Shown in pieces: positions 36,678 through 48,460 of a DNA stretch of 64,000 nt. The DNA is from an uncultured Gemmatimonadales bacterium (lineage in GTDB: Bacteria > Gemmatimonadota > Gemmatimonadetes > Gemmatimonadales > GWC2-71-9). Numbering within the stretch: the stretch's first letter is position 1; each line of letters begins with the position of its first letter. Made by a program: the position numbers and the translations under genes. The notes beneath the pieces were generated by a model that was given only the letters and a program-made list of their open reading frames with translations, was not told the origin of the DNA and searched no databases. Location of the stretch: positions 622,192 to 686,191 of the forward strand of contig CAWJWG010000003.1 in NCBI GenBank assembly GCA_963846545.1, given 5' to 3'.

Positions 36678-36702
36678 ACGTCGCCCTCTCGTGAACGTCG
36701 CC
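36670..36702 (+). repeat. 17-bp tandem duplication at the unknown-gene/argC junction
   Basis: TCTCGTGAACGTCGCC occurs at 36670-36685 and again at 36687-36702 (period 17). Copy 1 supplies the stop of the upstream gene (TGA 36675-36677). Copy 2 supplies the argC GTG (36691-36693). Confidence 0.85.
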
Positions 36703-37740
36703 GTGGTGGGGGCCGCCGGCTATGCCGGCGGCGAGCTGCTCCGTCTCCTCTACCAGCATCCCGAGGTGCGCGAGTGCGTCGCGACCAGCCGGAGCAAGGG
36801 CGGCGCCCCGGTCGCCGACGCGCACCCTGCGCTCGCGACCGTCACCGATGCCCGCTTTTCCGGCGAGGCACCCGGTGAGATCGCGCGCGGCCGCGACGTC
36901 GTCTTTCTCTGCCTCGAGCACGGCGAGTCGTCGCGCGTGGCCGCCGAGGTGTTCGCGGCGAAGCCCAGGCTGGTGGTGGACCTCGCGGCGGACTTCCGGG
37001 TCCGAGACTCCGCCCTCTACGAGCGCTACTACGGTCCCCATCCGGCGCCCGAGCTCCTGTCCCGGTTCTGCTACGCTCTCGCCGATGTGATCGGGCCGGG
37101 TCTCCGGGGCGCGGGCGCGCTCGCCGCGCCCGGCTGCTTCGCCACCGCGGCCCAGCTCGCGCTCTATCCTCTCGCGCGGGCGGGGCTCGACGTTTCCCCC
37201 TCCCTGTTCGCCATCACGGGATCCAGCGGCGCGGGTATCCAGCCGAAGGCGACCACTCACCACCCGATGCGGGCCCACAACGTCTTCGCCTACTCCGTCC
37301 TCGGCCACCGGCACGAGGCGGAGGTGTTGCAGTCGTGGCGGGAATGGATCGGCCGGCCCGACGCGCACGCGCGTCTGATGACGCACTCCGGGCCGTTCGT
37401 GCGCGGGATCTACCTGACCCTGCACGCGTATCTCCCGCGGGGCGCCGCCGTCAGCGCCGGCGACCCCGGGACCGCCGCGAGCACCTGGTTCCGCGACGCC
37501 TACGCCGGCCGGCCGTTCGTCCGGGTGCTGGACGCGCCGCCCCAGCTCACCCATGCCGTGGGGACCAACTACGCCCTGGTCCACGCGGCGGAGAGCGATG
37601 ACGGATCGGAGGTCCAGGTGACGGTCGCGATGGACAATCTGGTGAAGGGTGCCGGCGGCCAGGCGATCCAGGCGATGAACCTGGCGCTGGGAATTGAGGA
37701 GACGGCGGGACTCACCGCCGGGAGCATCTACCCATGCTGA
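36691..37740 (+). CDS. argC: N-acyl-gamma-glutamyl-phosphate reductase
   Basis: ORF of 349 aa with VAVVGAAGYAGGELLRLL and an active-site Cys region APGCFATAAQLAL. Confidence 0.95.
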   Translation: MNVAVVGAAGYAGGELLRLLYQHPEVRECVATSRSKGGAPVADAHPALATVTDARFSGEAPGEIARGRDVVFLCLEHGESSRVAAEVFAAKPRLVVDLAADFRVRDSALYERYYGPHPAPELLSRFCYALADVIGPGLRGAGALAAPGCFATAAQLALYPLARAGLDVSPSLFAITGSSGAGIQPKATTHHPMRAHNVFAYSVLGHRHEAEVLQSWREWIGRPDAHARLMTHSGPFVRGIYLTLHAYLPRGAAVSAGDPGTAASTWFRDAYAGRPFVRVLDAPPQLTHAVGTNYALVHAAESDDGSEVQVTVAMDNLVKGAGGQAIQAMNLALGIEETAGLTAGSIYPC

Positions 37741-38899
37741 CTGGCCGCTCAGGCGCCGCGGTCGAGGCGCCTCCCGCCCTCCTCCCCGTCTACGCGCAAT
37801 TCCCCATTCGTCCCGTCCGCGGGCACGGCTCGTGGCTGGTGGACGAGGCGGGCGACGAGTGGCTCGACGCGTACGGCGGGCACGCCGTGGCCGCCACCGG
37901 ACACTCCCACCCCGACGTCGTGCGCGCGATCGCCACGCAGGCCGAGGCGCTGCTGTTCTATTCGACGGCGGTGCCCCACCCGCTCCGTGAGCGGCTGGCC
38001 CAGCGGCTGGCCGACCTCTGTCCGGCGCCGCTGGAGCGGGTGTTCTTCTGCAACTCCGGCGCGGAGGCGAACGAGAACGCCCTGCACCTGGCGCGCAAGT
38101 GGACGGGCAGACGGCAGATCGTTTCGGTGCGGGGCGGCTGGCACGGCCGCACGGTCGGGACACTCGCGTGCACCGACGGCGCACGCTACGAGGAGGCCGC
38201 GTCGCGCAGCGGCATCCCGCTCTCGCGTAAGGTGCCGGTGGACGACGTGGCGGCGCTCGAGGCCGCGGTGGACGGCGAGGTGGCCGCCGTCATCATGGAA
38301 CCGGTCCAGGGTCTCTCCGGCGCGCGCGACCTGTCGCCCGACTTCCTCCGCGCGGCTCGCCGCGCCTGCGACGCGCACGGCGCGGCCCTCGTGTTCGACG
38401 AGGTCCAGTGCGGCGTGGGCCGCTGCGGCGCGTTCAGCGCGGCGGAGGCGGTCGGGGTGATCCCGGACGTGCTGACGTTCGCCAAGGGCCTCGCCTCAGG
38501 GCTCCCCATCGGAGCGGTCGTCGCCACCTCGTCGGTGACCGCGGCCATCGGCATCGGCGATCTCGGAAGCACGTTCGGCGGCGGGCCGGTGCCCTGCGCG
38601 GCGGCGCTCGCCACGATCGATGTGATCGAGCGGGATGGCCTGGTGGGAAATGCCTTGCGGGTCGGCGCCCGGCTCGCGCGGGGGGCGCTGGCGCTCGGAG
38701 TCCGGCACGTGAGCGGCCGCGGGCTCCTGCTGGGACTGCATCTCGACCGCCCGGCCGCCGAGGTCCAGCGCGCCCTCTTCGCCCGGCGGATCATCACCGG
38801 CACCGCGTCCGATCCCGCGGTCCTCAGGCTGCTGCCGCCACTGTCATTTTCCGCGGAGGAGGCCGATCTCCTCCTCGCGGGTCTGAAGGAGGTACTCGC

Positions 38900-38903
<4 letters not shown>
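37734..38903 (+). CDS. argD: Acyl-ornithine aminotransferase (class III PLP)
   Basis: ORF of 389 aa with ..FFCNSGAEANE..HGRT..DEVQCGVGRCG..TFAKGLASGLPIGA. It overlaps the argC stop. Confidence 0.9.
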
Positions 38904-40843
<1,940 letters not shown>

Positions 40844-40854
<11 letters not shown>

Positions 40855-41932
40855 GCTCGAGCTGCTCGCCCAGCTGGTAGCCATTCCGTCGGTCAGCGGC
40901 GAGGAGGCCGCGGTGGCGGCGTTCGTGGAGGACACGGCACGCGGGTGGGGACTCGACGCGGTCCGGGACGACACCTCGGTTCGCATCGAGGTTCGGGGCC
41001 GGACACCCGGCCCGACGCTGGCTCTCGTCTCCCACCTCGACGTCGTCCCGCCGGGGGTGGGATGGACCCGCGATCCATTCACGCCTTCGGTCGAGGACGA
41101 CCGGCTCTACGGCCGCGGATCGGGCGATGCCAAGGCCTCTGTCGCGGCGATGATCTCCGCCGCCCGCGACCTCGCGGAGGGCGCGACTCTCGCGAGCGGC
41201 AGGTTGCTCGTCATCCTCGGCTACGGCGAGGAGACGAAGAACACCACCATGGAGCGCGCGGTGGAGCGGGCGGGGCCGATCGACGCGGCCGTGGTGGGCG
41301 AGCCCACCAATCTCGACATCGCCACCGCGCAGCGCGGACTCATGATGGTGGACCTCGTCGCCCGCGGCGACCAGCGCCACGCCGGCTATGCCGCCGAGGG
41401 GGAGTTTCAGAATGCCGTGCTCGTGCTCGCCCGCGATCTGCTTCGGCTGGAGAGCCTGTTCGACGACCGGACTCATCCGGTGCTGGGTCGAACAGTCGCG
41501 ACGCCCACCATGCTCGACGCGGGCGTGAGTCGCAACGTGACGCCGCCGGTCGCAACGGCGATTCTCGATGTTCGCAGCACGCCCGACTGGTCGCACGAGG
41601 AGATCGCCGATCTCCTGCGCTCGAGCCTCGAGTCCGAGGTCGTCGTTACCTCGAAACGGCTGGTCCCGTGCGAGACCCCCGCCGATTCCCGCCTGCTCGC
41701 CGCGGCCAGCCGCGCGCGGCCCGAGTCCGCCCGCTTCGGCAGTCCGACCTGCTCCGACTGGGTCTTCCTCCGCCACGTGGACGCGATCAAGGCCGGACCG
41801 GGCACGAGCCGGCGGTCGCACACGCCGGACGAATACGTGGATCTGCCGGAGGTCACCGCGGCGCGCGGCTTCTACGCGGGGATCGCGCGGGAGTACCTGA
41901 CGGCGCAGCCAGGGAGCGCCTCGAACCGATGA
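40844..41932 (+). CDS. M20 family deacylase (ArgE/DapE-like; predicted N-acyl-citrulline/ornithine deacylase)
   Basis: ORF of 362 aa (TTG start) with LVSHLDVVPPG and YGRGSGDAKAS. Its position between argB and argH matches the deacylase slot of FCB-type arg operons. Confidence 0.85.
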
Positions 41933-43305
41933 CCACCCGCCTCCTCTGGTCCTCCGGCGAAGGCGTCGACCGACGTCTTCTCGCCCTGACCGCCGCGGAC
42001 GACCGCGAATGGGACGCGCGCCTGCTGCGCTGGGACGTGCTGGGGAGCCTGGGGCACATCGAAGGACTCCGAGCCTCGGGTCTCCTCGGCGTCCGGGATC
42101 ACGCCCGGCTCCGTCAAGGACTTCGCGCCGCGCTGGCGGCGGCAGATCGCGGCCGCCTCCGCCTGGGCCCAAACCAGGAGGACGTGCATTCGGCAGTCGA
42201 GGAGTGGCTCACCCGCCGGCTTCCCGGCTTGGGTGAACGGCTGCATACCGGCCGCTCGCGCAACGACCAGGTCGCCTGCGACCTGCGACTCATCCTGAAG
42301 GATCGTCTCCTCGAGCTCCACGCCGGCGCTCTGGACCTGGCCGATGTCCTCGTCGCCTTTGCGCGGAAGCACCAGGGCGTCCTCTGGCCGGGCTACACGC
42401 ATCAGCGCCGCGCGATGCCGTCGTCGGTCGGCCTCTGGGCCGGCGCGTATGCCGAAGGACTGCTCGACACGATCGAGTCGCTGCCCGCCCTCTGGGTCCG
42501 GGTGGACCGCTCGCCCCTCGGCAGCGCCGCGGGGTACGGCGTGCCGCTCCCCCTTCGCCGCGAGGTAGCCGCACGGGCGCTCGGTTTTGCCGGACTCGAT
42601 CGCAACGTGGCGACGGTGCAGGGCGGCAGGGGCAAGCTCGAGGCGGCGGCGATCTTCTGGTGCACCCAGCTGGGACACGAGTCCGCGCGCCTGGCCCAGG
42701 ACGTCATTCTCTACAGCGCCGAGGAGTTCGGTTACCTGGTGCTCCCTGCCGCCCTGGCCACCGGGTCGAGCATCATGCCGCACAAGCGAAATCCGGATCT
42801 CTTCGAGCTGACCAGGGGCCGAGCCGCGGCGCTCGAGGGCGATCTCGCAGCCGTACTGCAGATCAAGTCCCGCCTCAGCGGCGGCTATCACCGCGACTTT
42901 CAGCTCTTGAAGGAGCCGCTGCTCCGAGGCCTCGACCGTGGCGAGGCGATGCTCGCCGCGCTGCACCTCGCCGTTCCGCGGCTAGGGGTGGACCGCGCAC
43001 GGTGCGCCGCCGCGCTCGCGGGCGGCGCGCTCGCGACCGACGAGGTCATGCGGCGGGTCGAGGAGGGCACGGCGTTCAGGGTCGCCTACCGGGATGTGGC
43101 CGCGGCGATTCAACGCGGTGAGTCGTTCGCGGCGCCCTCGACCTCGCGCATCGTCGCGCGGCGGCGCTCCACGGGTGGACTCGGCGACCTGGGACTCGAC
43201 CGCGCGGGCTCGAGAGTGCGTCAGGCGCGCCGCTGGGGCGAGCGCGAGCGCAGGCGATTCGATCGAGCGATGGCGCGGCTCGCGGGCCGGAGATCGTCCC
43301 GATGA
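41929..43305 (+). CDS. argH: Argininosuccinate lyase
   Basis: 458 aa from ATG 41929 (ATGA overlap with the upstream stop), internal to track ORF 40945..43305. It has ..HTGRSRNDQV.., GYTHQRRAMP and the signature GSSIMPHKRNPD. Confidence 0.95.
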   Translation: MTTRLLWSSGEGVDRRLLALTAADDREWDARLLRWDVLGSLGHIEGLRASGLLGVRDHARLRQGLRAALAAADRGRLRLGPNQEDVHSAVEEWLTRRLPGLGERLHTGRSRNDQVACDLRLILKDRLLELHAGALDLADVLVAFARKHQGVLWPGYTHQRRAMPSSVGLWAGAYAEGLLDTIESLPALWVRVDRSPLGSAAGYGVPLPLRREVAARALGFAGLDRNVATVQGGRGKLEAAAIFWCTQLGHESARLAQDVILYSAEEFGYLVLPAALATGSSIMPHKRNPDLFELTRGRAAALEGDLAAVLQIKSRLSGGYHRDFQLLKEPLLRGLDRGEAMLAALHLAVPRLGVDRARCAAALAGGALATDEVMRRVEEGTAFRVAYRDVAAAIQRGESFAAPSTSRIVARRRSTGGLGDLGLDRAGSRVRQARRWGERERRRFDRAMARLAGRRSSR

Positions 43306-43748
43306 CGGCCGACCGTCGCAAGCGGCATCTCAAGATTCTCGAGCTGATCAGCACCAGAGCGGTCCACACCCAGGAAGAGCTCGCCGAGGCACTCTCGGCG
43401 GAGGGCTGGGAGGTGACCCAGTCGTCGGTCAGCCGCGACATCGCTGCGCTCAGGCTGGTGAAGGCGGACGGCGCGTACCGGCGGCCACCGAGAGGCAGCC
43501 ATGCTCAAGATCCCGACGAGCGGCGGATCGCGGACGGCGTGCTGACCTCGGAGCCGGCCGGCGACGCGCTGGTCGTGCTCCACACGCCGCCGGGAGAGGC
43601 GAACCGCGTCGCGGTGGCGGTGGACCGGCTCGCATGGCCTGACGTGGTCGGGACCCTCGCGGGAGACGACACGATCTTTCTGGCGGTGAAGGACAGGGTG
43701 GCGCAGCGGCGGGTGCTGCGGGAAGTTCGGAGGCTGACCGACAGGTGA
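43302..43748 (+). CDS. argR: Arginine repressor
   Basis: ORF of 148 aa with an N-terminal wHTH (RHLKILELISTRAVHTQEELAEALSAEGWEVTQSSVSRDIAAL) and a C-terminal oligomerisation domain (GTLAGDDTIFL). Confidence 0.9.
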   Translation: MTADRRKRHLKILELISTRAVHTQEELAEALSAEGWEVTQSSVSRDIAALRLVKADGAYRRPPRGSHAQDPDERRIADGVLTSEPAGDALVVLHTPPGEANRVAVAVDRLAWPDVVGTLAGDDTIFLAVKDRVAQRRVLREVRRLTDR

Positions 43749-43763
43749 TTGACGTCGCCATAG

Positions 43764-43830
43764 TGTCGCCCTCAGCAAAGCGAAGGGGACCATCGTCGTG
43801 ATGGCCCCCTTCGTTTCACTCAGGGTGACA
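43764..43830. repeat. Palindromic element, copy 2 (31-nt arms); probable terminator
   Basis: TGTCGCCCTCAGCAAAGCGAAGGGGACCATC-gtcgt-GATGGCCCCCTTCGTTTCACTCAGGGTGACA. 25 of 31 arm positions are complementary. It shares the AGCGAAGGGGACCAT core and TCAGGGTGACA end with copy 1. It lies 16 nt after the argR stop and is followed by CTGTTTTCTTTC. Confidence 0.55.
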
Positions 43831-43865
43831 GCGGTACCCCTGTTTTCTTTCGCTCCTTGGGGTTC

Positions 43866-45683
43866 TCAGGGCGAGAACGTGTCCACGTCGGCATCCACGT
43901 AGGTCGAGGCTCCCCGGTCGCGGGCCTGGATGGCCAGCCAGTTGACGCCGCTGGTGACCGACGCGGTGAAGGTGAGGCTGTTCCGCTCCGAGCATCCCTC
44001 GTGGGTCGCGAAGCCACCACTCATCAGGGCGTCCGCCGTGCTCGTGACCTCGACTCCGTTCACGAAGACCCGGATGTCGTTGTCGATCGCCACCCGGATC
44101 GTGGCGTTGGTGGCGCCGACCGGTACCGCGAACGGCTTCCGGAGCAGGATGTCGGTGTTCGACGGCCAGGTGGTCGCCTGGGCGGTCTGGTTCAGCGGGC
44201 ACTCGTCGCCGGCGTCCACGCCGAAGCCGGCATCGCCCGTGGACCAGCCGGTGTCCTTGTAGCCGGGCTCGTCGAAGTCGGCGGTACCCGACACCGGGAA
44301 TACGCGGTCGGTATTCGAGATGAGGTAGCGCCAGCCGGTGCTCTCATAGTCAATGCCGCCTGCCGCCGTCGCAGTGAAAGTCAGCGAGGCCGGGGCAAAC
44401 TCCGCGTTCGGCTTATAGGGCGTGGTGTTGCTGATCGTTTGCCCGGCGATGGTCTGCGGCGTGGCAGTCACGGAGTTGGGGCCCGGGGTGTTGCCCAACT
44501 GCCAGCTAGCGAGGCTCGCGACGCCGTTGACGTTGGTCAGCACGGTGACCGGCCCGCTGCCGCCGTTGATGAGACCGCCTCCGCCGGTGACAGTGAAGAC
44601 CACCGGTGCACCGATGACAGGATCGCCGTCGACGCTGCCGCTGAGCCGGACGGAGGGCGGAGTCACCGTCCCGCCCGGTGCCGCCGCGAGGCTCCCGAAC
44701 GCCGCCTCGTTCGGGCTGTACGCGTTGTCCGCCGGGTTGCTGGCGGGATCCACCACGCCGAACGGGCTGAACTTCCGGGTGGTGCCGCCCACGCCGGCGC
44801 TGATGAGCGCGGCCGATGCGGCGTGCAGCGGAGTGGGCAGCAGCAGGCGCGTGGCCCACCCGAAGCTCCCGCGGCCGCCGTCCAGCAGGCCTAGGTTGGT
44901 ATCGCAGCCGAGGAAGCCCACGCTCGCCGGAGGCAGCACCTCGAATTGCCCGAACACGATCCCGAGGTTGTGCCCGATCCGGAGGTTCGCCGGCAGCGTC
45001 TCGAAGTCCTGCACGCAGATGCCGGTGATGACCTCCTCGTCGAAGGTCACCTCGGGCGTCGAGGTGTACTGATAGAACGGAGGGAACTGACTCAGGCTCG
45101 TCAGCAGCGGCTCCGGCGTGTTCGGGAGCCGGATGATCGTGATGGTGGTCGCCTGGGGAGCCGCGCCCGCCGGGATGTTGACCGCCGCCTGGAGATTCCC
45201 GGTGATCACGAGCGTCGCCGGCGAGTTCGGCGTCACCACGGCGATGGCTGCATCATCGCCCAGCGTTCCCGCCGGGAAATTCGGGGGTGGCAGATTCACC
45301 AGACAGTAGATCGATTCGATCAGCTTCAGCACCTTGGCCTGGGTCGCTGCGGACTTGCCGCCCACCAGGTCGCCCCGGTAGTACGCCTTCAGGATGAAGT
45401 CCACGAGCAACAAGGCCTTCTCCTGCGCGGTCAGCCGGTTGCGCGAGGTGATCGAGGTCGGCACCTGCGACAGCCGGGTCTTGATGGCGTCGAGCAGGAC
45501 CTTCTTCGGCACCAGCAGGACGATCTGCGCCAGCACGCCGAGCGGCGAGCAGGCCGAGATCTCGGAGGTCGCGTCCGACGGTCCCAGGGAAGGCTCGGAC
45601 GGGGATTCGGACGACTGGTCCGAGCAGCCGGCCGTGAAGAGCGCCGCAATCAGGAGCAGGGGGAGCAGGGCTGACCGACGCAT
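43866..45683 (-). CDS. Lipoprotein with Ig-like repeats and C-terminal jelly-roll (carbohydrate-binding-like) domain
   Basis: 605 aa from ATG 45681-45683 (RBS GGAGG). It has lipobox LIAALFTAGCS and a C-terminal WPSNTDILLRKPFAVP..VAIDNDIRVFVNGVEV pattern typical of galactose-binding-like domains. Function unknown. Confidence 0.7.
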   Translation of the reverse strand: MRRSALLPLLLIAALFTAGCSDQSSESPSEPSLGPSDATSEISACSPLGVLAQIVLLVPKKVLLDAIKTRLSQVPTSITSRNRLTAQEKALLLVDFILKAYYRGDLVGGKSAATQAKVLKLIESIYCLVNLPPPNFPAGTLGDDAAIAVVTPNSPATLVITGNLQAAVNIPAGAAPQATTITIIRLPNTPEPLLTSLSQFPPFYQYTSTPEVTFDEEVITGICVQDFETLPANLRIGHNLGIVFGQFEVLPPASVGFLGCDTNLGLLDGGRGSFGWATRLLLPTPLHAASAALISAGVGGTTRKFSPFGVVDPASNPADNAYSPNEAAFGSLAAAPGGTVTPPSVRLSGSVDGDPVIGAPVVFTVTGGGGLINGGSGPVTVLTNVNGVASLASWQLGNTPGPNSVTATPQTIAGQTISNTTPYKPNAEFAPASLTFTATAAGGIDYESTGWRYLISNTDRVFPVSGTADFDEPGYKDTGWSTGDAGFGVDAGDECPLNQTAQATTWPSNTDILLRKPFAVPVGATNATIRVAIDNDIRVFVNGVEVTSTADALMSGGFATHEGCSERNSLTFTASVTSGVNWLAIQARDRGASTYVDADVDTFSP

Positions 45684-45831
45684 CACGTCCTCCAGGGGGG
45701 GACCTGCAGGTGCAGAATATTGCACTCGCCTTCGCCGCGACGAAGGCCATGGCTGTTTCTAAGAGGTTATCAATATGCCCTGTGCCCGGCGGCGCGCCAG
45801 TCGGGCGACTACGGACGGGGCCGCGAGACGC

Positions 45832-48399
45832 TTATGAACCGCTCCCGACCAGGTCCCGGAACTGGGCGTTCCCCTCCAGGGGTCGGAACCACCAGGTGGG
45901 GTCCGCGGCCAGGGAGGCGCGTTTCTCCGTGTTCGCGACGAGGTACTCCTTGAGCGACGCGACCGCCTCGGCGGTGTCGCCCAGCAGCGTATGCACGAAC
46001 GCGCCGGCGTACACCAGGTCCCGCGTGGGGTCGATCTCGTTATTGCCCTTGGAGCGAAGCACGAGCCGTCGCGCGCTGTCCGGAAGGTTGGCCCGCGCCA
46101 GCGTCGCGGCGACCATCATCCGGCCGTTGAGCGTCTGGAACACCCGATCCTGATCCGGCGCGATCCTGGCTATGGAGTCCGCAAGCCGCCAGGCCAGCGC
46201 GACGTCAGGCGTACGCGCTCGCGTGGTCAGAAGGTACAACTGGCACTCGATGAACTTCACGTCGGCCGGGAACCGACGCTGCCCGACTTCGCACCAGTGG
46301 TCGGCATCGGTGAACTGTCCCAAGTCGTAGGATGCGAAGAAGAGTCGGGCGAGCACAACATCGGCATTGCTGAGGTAGGCGTCTTCCTCGTATGCTCGCT
46401 GCGCCGCCAGCTTCACGTCCACCAGATTGCCCGTCTGGTACTTGAGGTGGGAGAGCGTCGCCCAGGCGCCGGCCTGGGACGGCGAGATCCGCACGGCCGT
46501 TTCCAGGTCCGCCTGCGCCGACGCCAGAAGTGCCTTGGCATCCGACGGGTCGGGCGTGAGGCTCAGCAGCCACCGCCAGTACTTGAGGTTGCCCCGCAGC
46601 TCGAGGGCGTCCGGGTCCGAGGGCGTCAGGGCGAGCGCGCGGTTGACGTGACCCATACCGATGCCGATCCACTTGCCGGCCGCCACCTGGTCGTTCGGAT
46701 CCAGGCGGGAGTGCCGGTACGCCGCTGCCGCCCTCGCGATCAACGGCTCCGGCCAGGCGGGATCCATCGTCTCCGCCGCCGCGAGCAGCGAATCGGCCGC
46801 GGCGAACTCGCGCTCCACGCCCGCCGTGTCCCCTCGCGCCGCGGCCCCCTCCGCCGCTTCACTCCGCCGCTGAGCCTGCTGTACAGCGGTCCAGGCCCGC
46901 ACGTCGCTGGTCCGACGGCGCTGCTGCCGCAGCTGGATCTCCTGCCCCAGCTGGCTTCGGATCTGGCGCGCCACTTCCTGGATCAGGGTGTCCTGGACGG
47001 CGAGGAGGTCGCCCGCCGGCAGCTCCCTGGTAGTGCGCGTCAGGTCCACGCCGCTCTGCCCGTCCACCAGCCGCACCGTGATGCGAAGCTGGCCGCCGAC
47101 CCGCTCCACGCTGCCCGTCACCAGCGCCCCCGCCTGGAGCGCGCGCGCGATGCTGTCGCGGCTGACGCTCGTGCCTCGGTAGGGCGCCACGCCGCCGGTG
47201 GAGACGACGTCCAGCGTCTGCACCTGGGAAAGCTCGCTGATCAATCCCTCGGTCAGGCCGTTCGCCAGGTAACCCAGTGAGTCACTGCCCCCTGCGTCCT
47301 CGAAGTACAGCACGGCGATCCGGTGGTCATTGAGCCCACCACCCGGGCGTCCGGCCGCCGTGCCGCCGCGGCCCCACAGGAGCCAGCCGGCCGCCGCCGC
47401 GCTCAGGAGAACGACGGCGCCCGCCGCGGACCAGAGCTTGGCGCCGGAGAGCCCGAGCACCGTCCGCTCCCCCGCGCCCGACACGCGCAAATTCCGCGTG
47501 CCGCGCGGTGTGGTCCGCCGGGCCGCCGGCACCCCGCGCGACGTGGTCCGCCGCACCGCGACCACCGACTCGAGGTCCGCCAGGACGTCGGCGAAGTCCG
47601 ACATCTTCTGAAAGCGGTCGGCTGGCGTCTTCTCCAGCGACTGCAGAACCGCATCCTCGACCTCGTCGGGGATCGACGGCCGCACCACCATCACGCTCGG
47701 CACCTGCTCCATCGTGTGCCGAGCCAGGATCGCCCGGGCGTTGGGCCCGTCGAAGGGCGGCTGGCCCACGAGCAGCTCGTAGAGCACGCACCCGAGGCTG
47801 TAGATGTCGCTCCGGCCGTCAGCCCCGTCGGCCCCCATGGCCTGTTCCGGACTCATGTAGTGCGGCGTCCCCACCGCCATGCCGGTCTGCGTCAGCTTCT
47901 CGCCCGCCGCATCCACCGCCCGGGCGATGCCGAAGTCGGCCACCAGCGCGTGGCCGTTCTGCAGCAGGATGTTCTCGGGCTTGATGTCGCGGTGGACCAC
48001 GCCCTGCCCGTGGGCGTAGGCGAGCCCCTCGGCGGCCTCGCGAATGATCCGGATGGCGTCGGGAATGGGAAGCTGCTGCTCGCGGTCGAGCCGGTGCCTG
48101 AGGGATTCGCCTTCGATGAACGGCATCACGTAATAGAGGATGCCGTTGATCTCCCCCGAGTCGTACAGGCCGAGGATGTTGGGGTGCTGGAGCGTGGCGG
48201 CCAGCCTGATCTCCCGGAGGAACCGATCGGCGCCGATGGACACGGCGAGCTCGGCCCTCAGGGTCTTGATGGCCACCTTGCGGCCATGGCGCAGGTCTTT
48301 CGCGAGATAGACCGTGGCCATGCCGCCTTCGCCGGCCAGACGCTCGACTTCGTACTTATCGCCGAGCGCGGCGCGAAGCTGCTCCAGTACGTCTGCCAA
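45832..48399 (-). CDS. Ser/Thr protein kinase with TM segment and large periplasmic helical-repeat (TPR-like) domain
   Basis: ORF of 855 aa with Hanks motifs GEGGMATVY, VAIK, HRDIKPENILL, DFGIA and SPEQ, followed by a TM (LWSAAGAVVLLSAAAAGWLLW) and a long repeat domain. Confidence 0.9.
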   Translation of the reverse strand: MADVLEQLRAALGDKYEVERLAGEGGMATVYLAKDLRHGRKVAIKTLRAELAVSIGADRFLREIRLAATLQHPNILGLYDSGEINGILYYVMPFIEGESLRHRLDREQQLPIPDAIRIIREAAEGLAYAHGQGVVHRDIKPENILLQNGHALVADFGIARAVDAAGEKLTQTGMAVGTPHYMSPEQAMGADGADGRSDIYSLGCVLYELLVGQPPFDGPNARAILARHTMEQVPSVMVVRPSIPDEVEDAVLQSLEKTPADRFQKMSDFADVLADLESVVAVRRTTSRGVPAARRTTPRGTRNLRVSGAGERTVLGLSGAKLWSAAGAVVLLSAAAAGWLLWGRGGTAAGRPGGGLNDHRIAVLYFEDAGGSDSLGYLANGLTEGLISELSQVQTLDVVSTGGVAPYRGTSVSRDSIARALQAGALVTGSVERVGGQLRITVRLVDGQSGVDLTRTTRELPAGDLLAVQDTLIQEVARQIRSQLGQEIQLRQQRRRTSDVRAWTAVQQAQRRSEAAEGAAARGDTAGVEREFAAADSLLAAAETMDPAWPEPLIARAAAAYRHSRLDPNDQVAAGKWIGIGMGHVNRALALTPSDPDALELRGNLKYWRWLLSLTPDPSDAKALLASAQADLETAVRISPSQAGAWATLSHLKYQTGNLVDVKLAAQRAYEEDAYLSNADVVLARLFFASYDLGQFTDADHWCEVGQRRFPADVKFIECQLYLLTTRARTPDVALAWRLADSIARIAPDQDRVFQTLNGRMMVAATLARANLPDSARRLVLRSKGNNEIDPTRDLVYAGAFVHTLLGDTAEAVASLKEYLVANTEKRASLAADPTWWFRPLEGNAQFRDLVGSGS

Positions 48400-48460
48400 T
48401 CACTGCCTCGGCGGGGGAGGAGGGTCCAGAACCTTGAAGATAAGCGGAAGGAAGCCTGCG

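Noticed and set aside
36508-38184. 558-aa ORF antisense to argC/argD
   Set aside because: A shadow ORF with extreme Arg/Pro/Gly content. The sense strand carries unambiguous argC and argD.
45710-45725. Imperfect palindrome GTGCAGAATATTGCAC upstream of the lipoprotein gene
   Set aside because: Only 6 of 8 pairs match, it is a single occurrence, and no adjacent regulator suggests a function. It is too weak to call.
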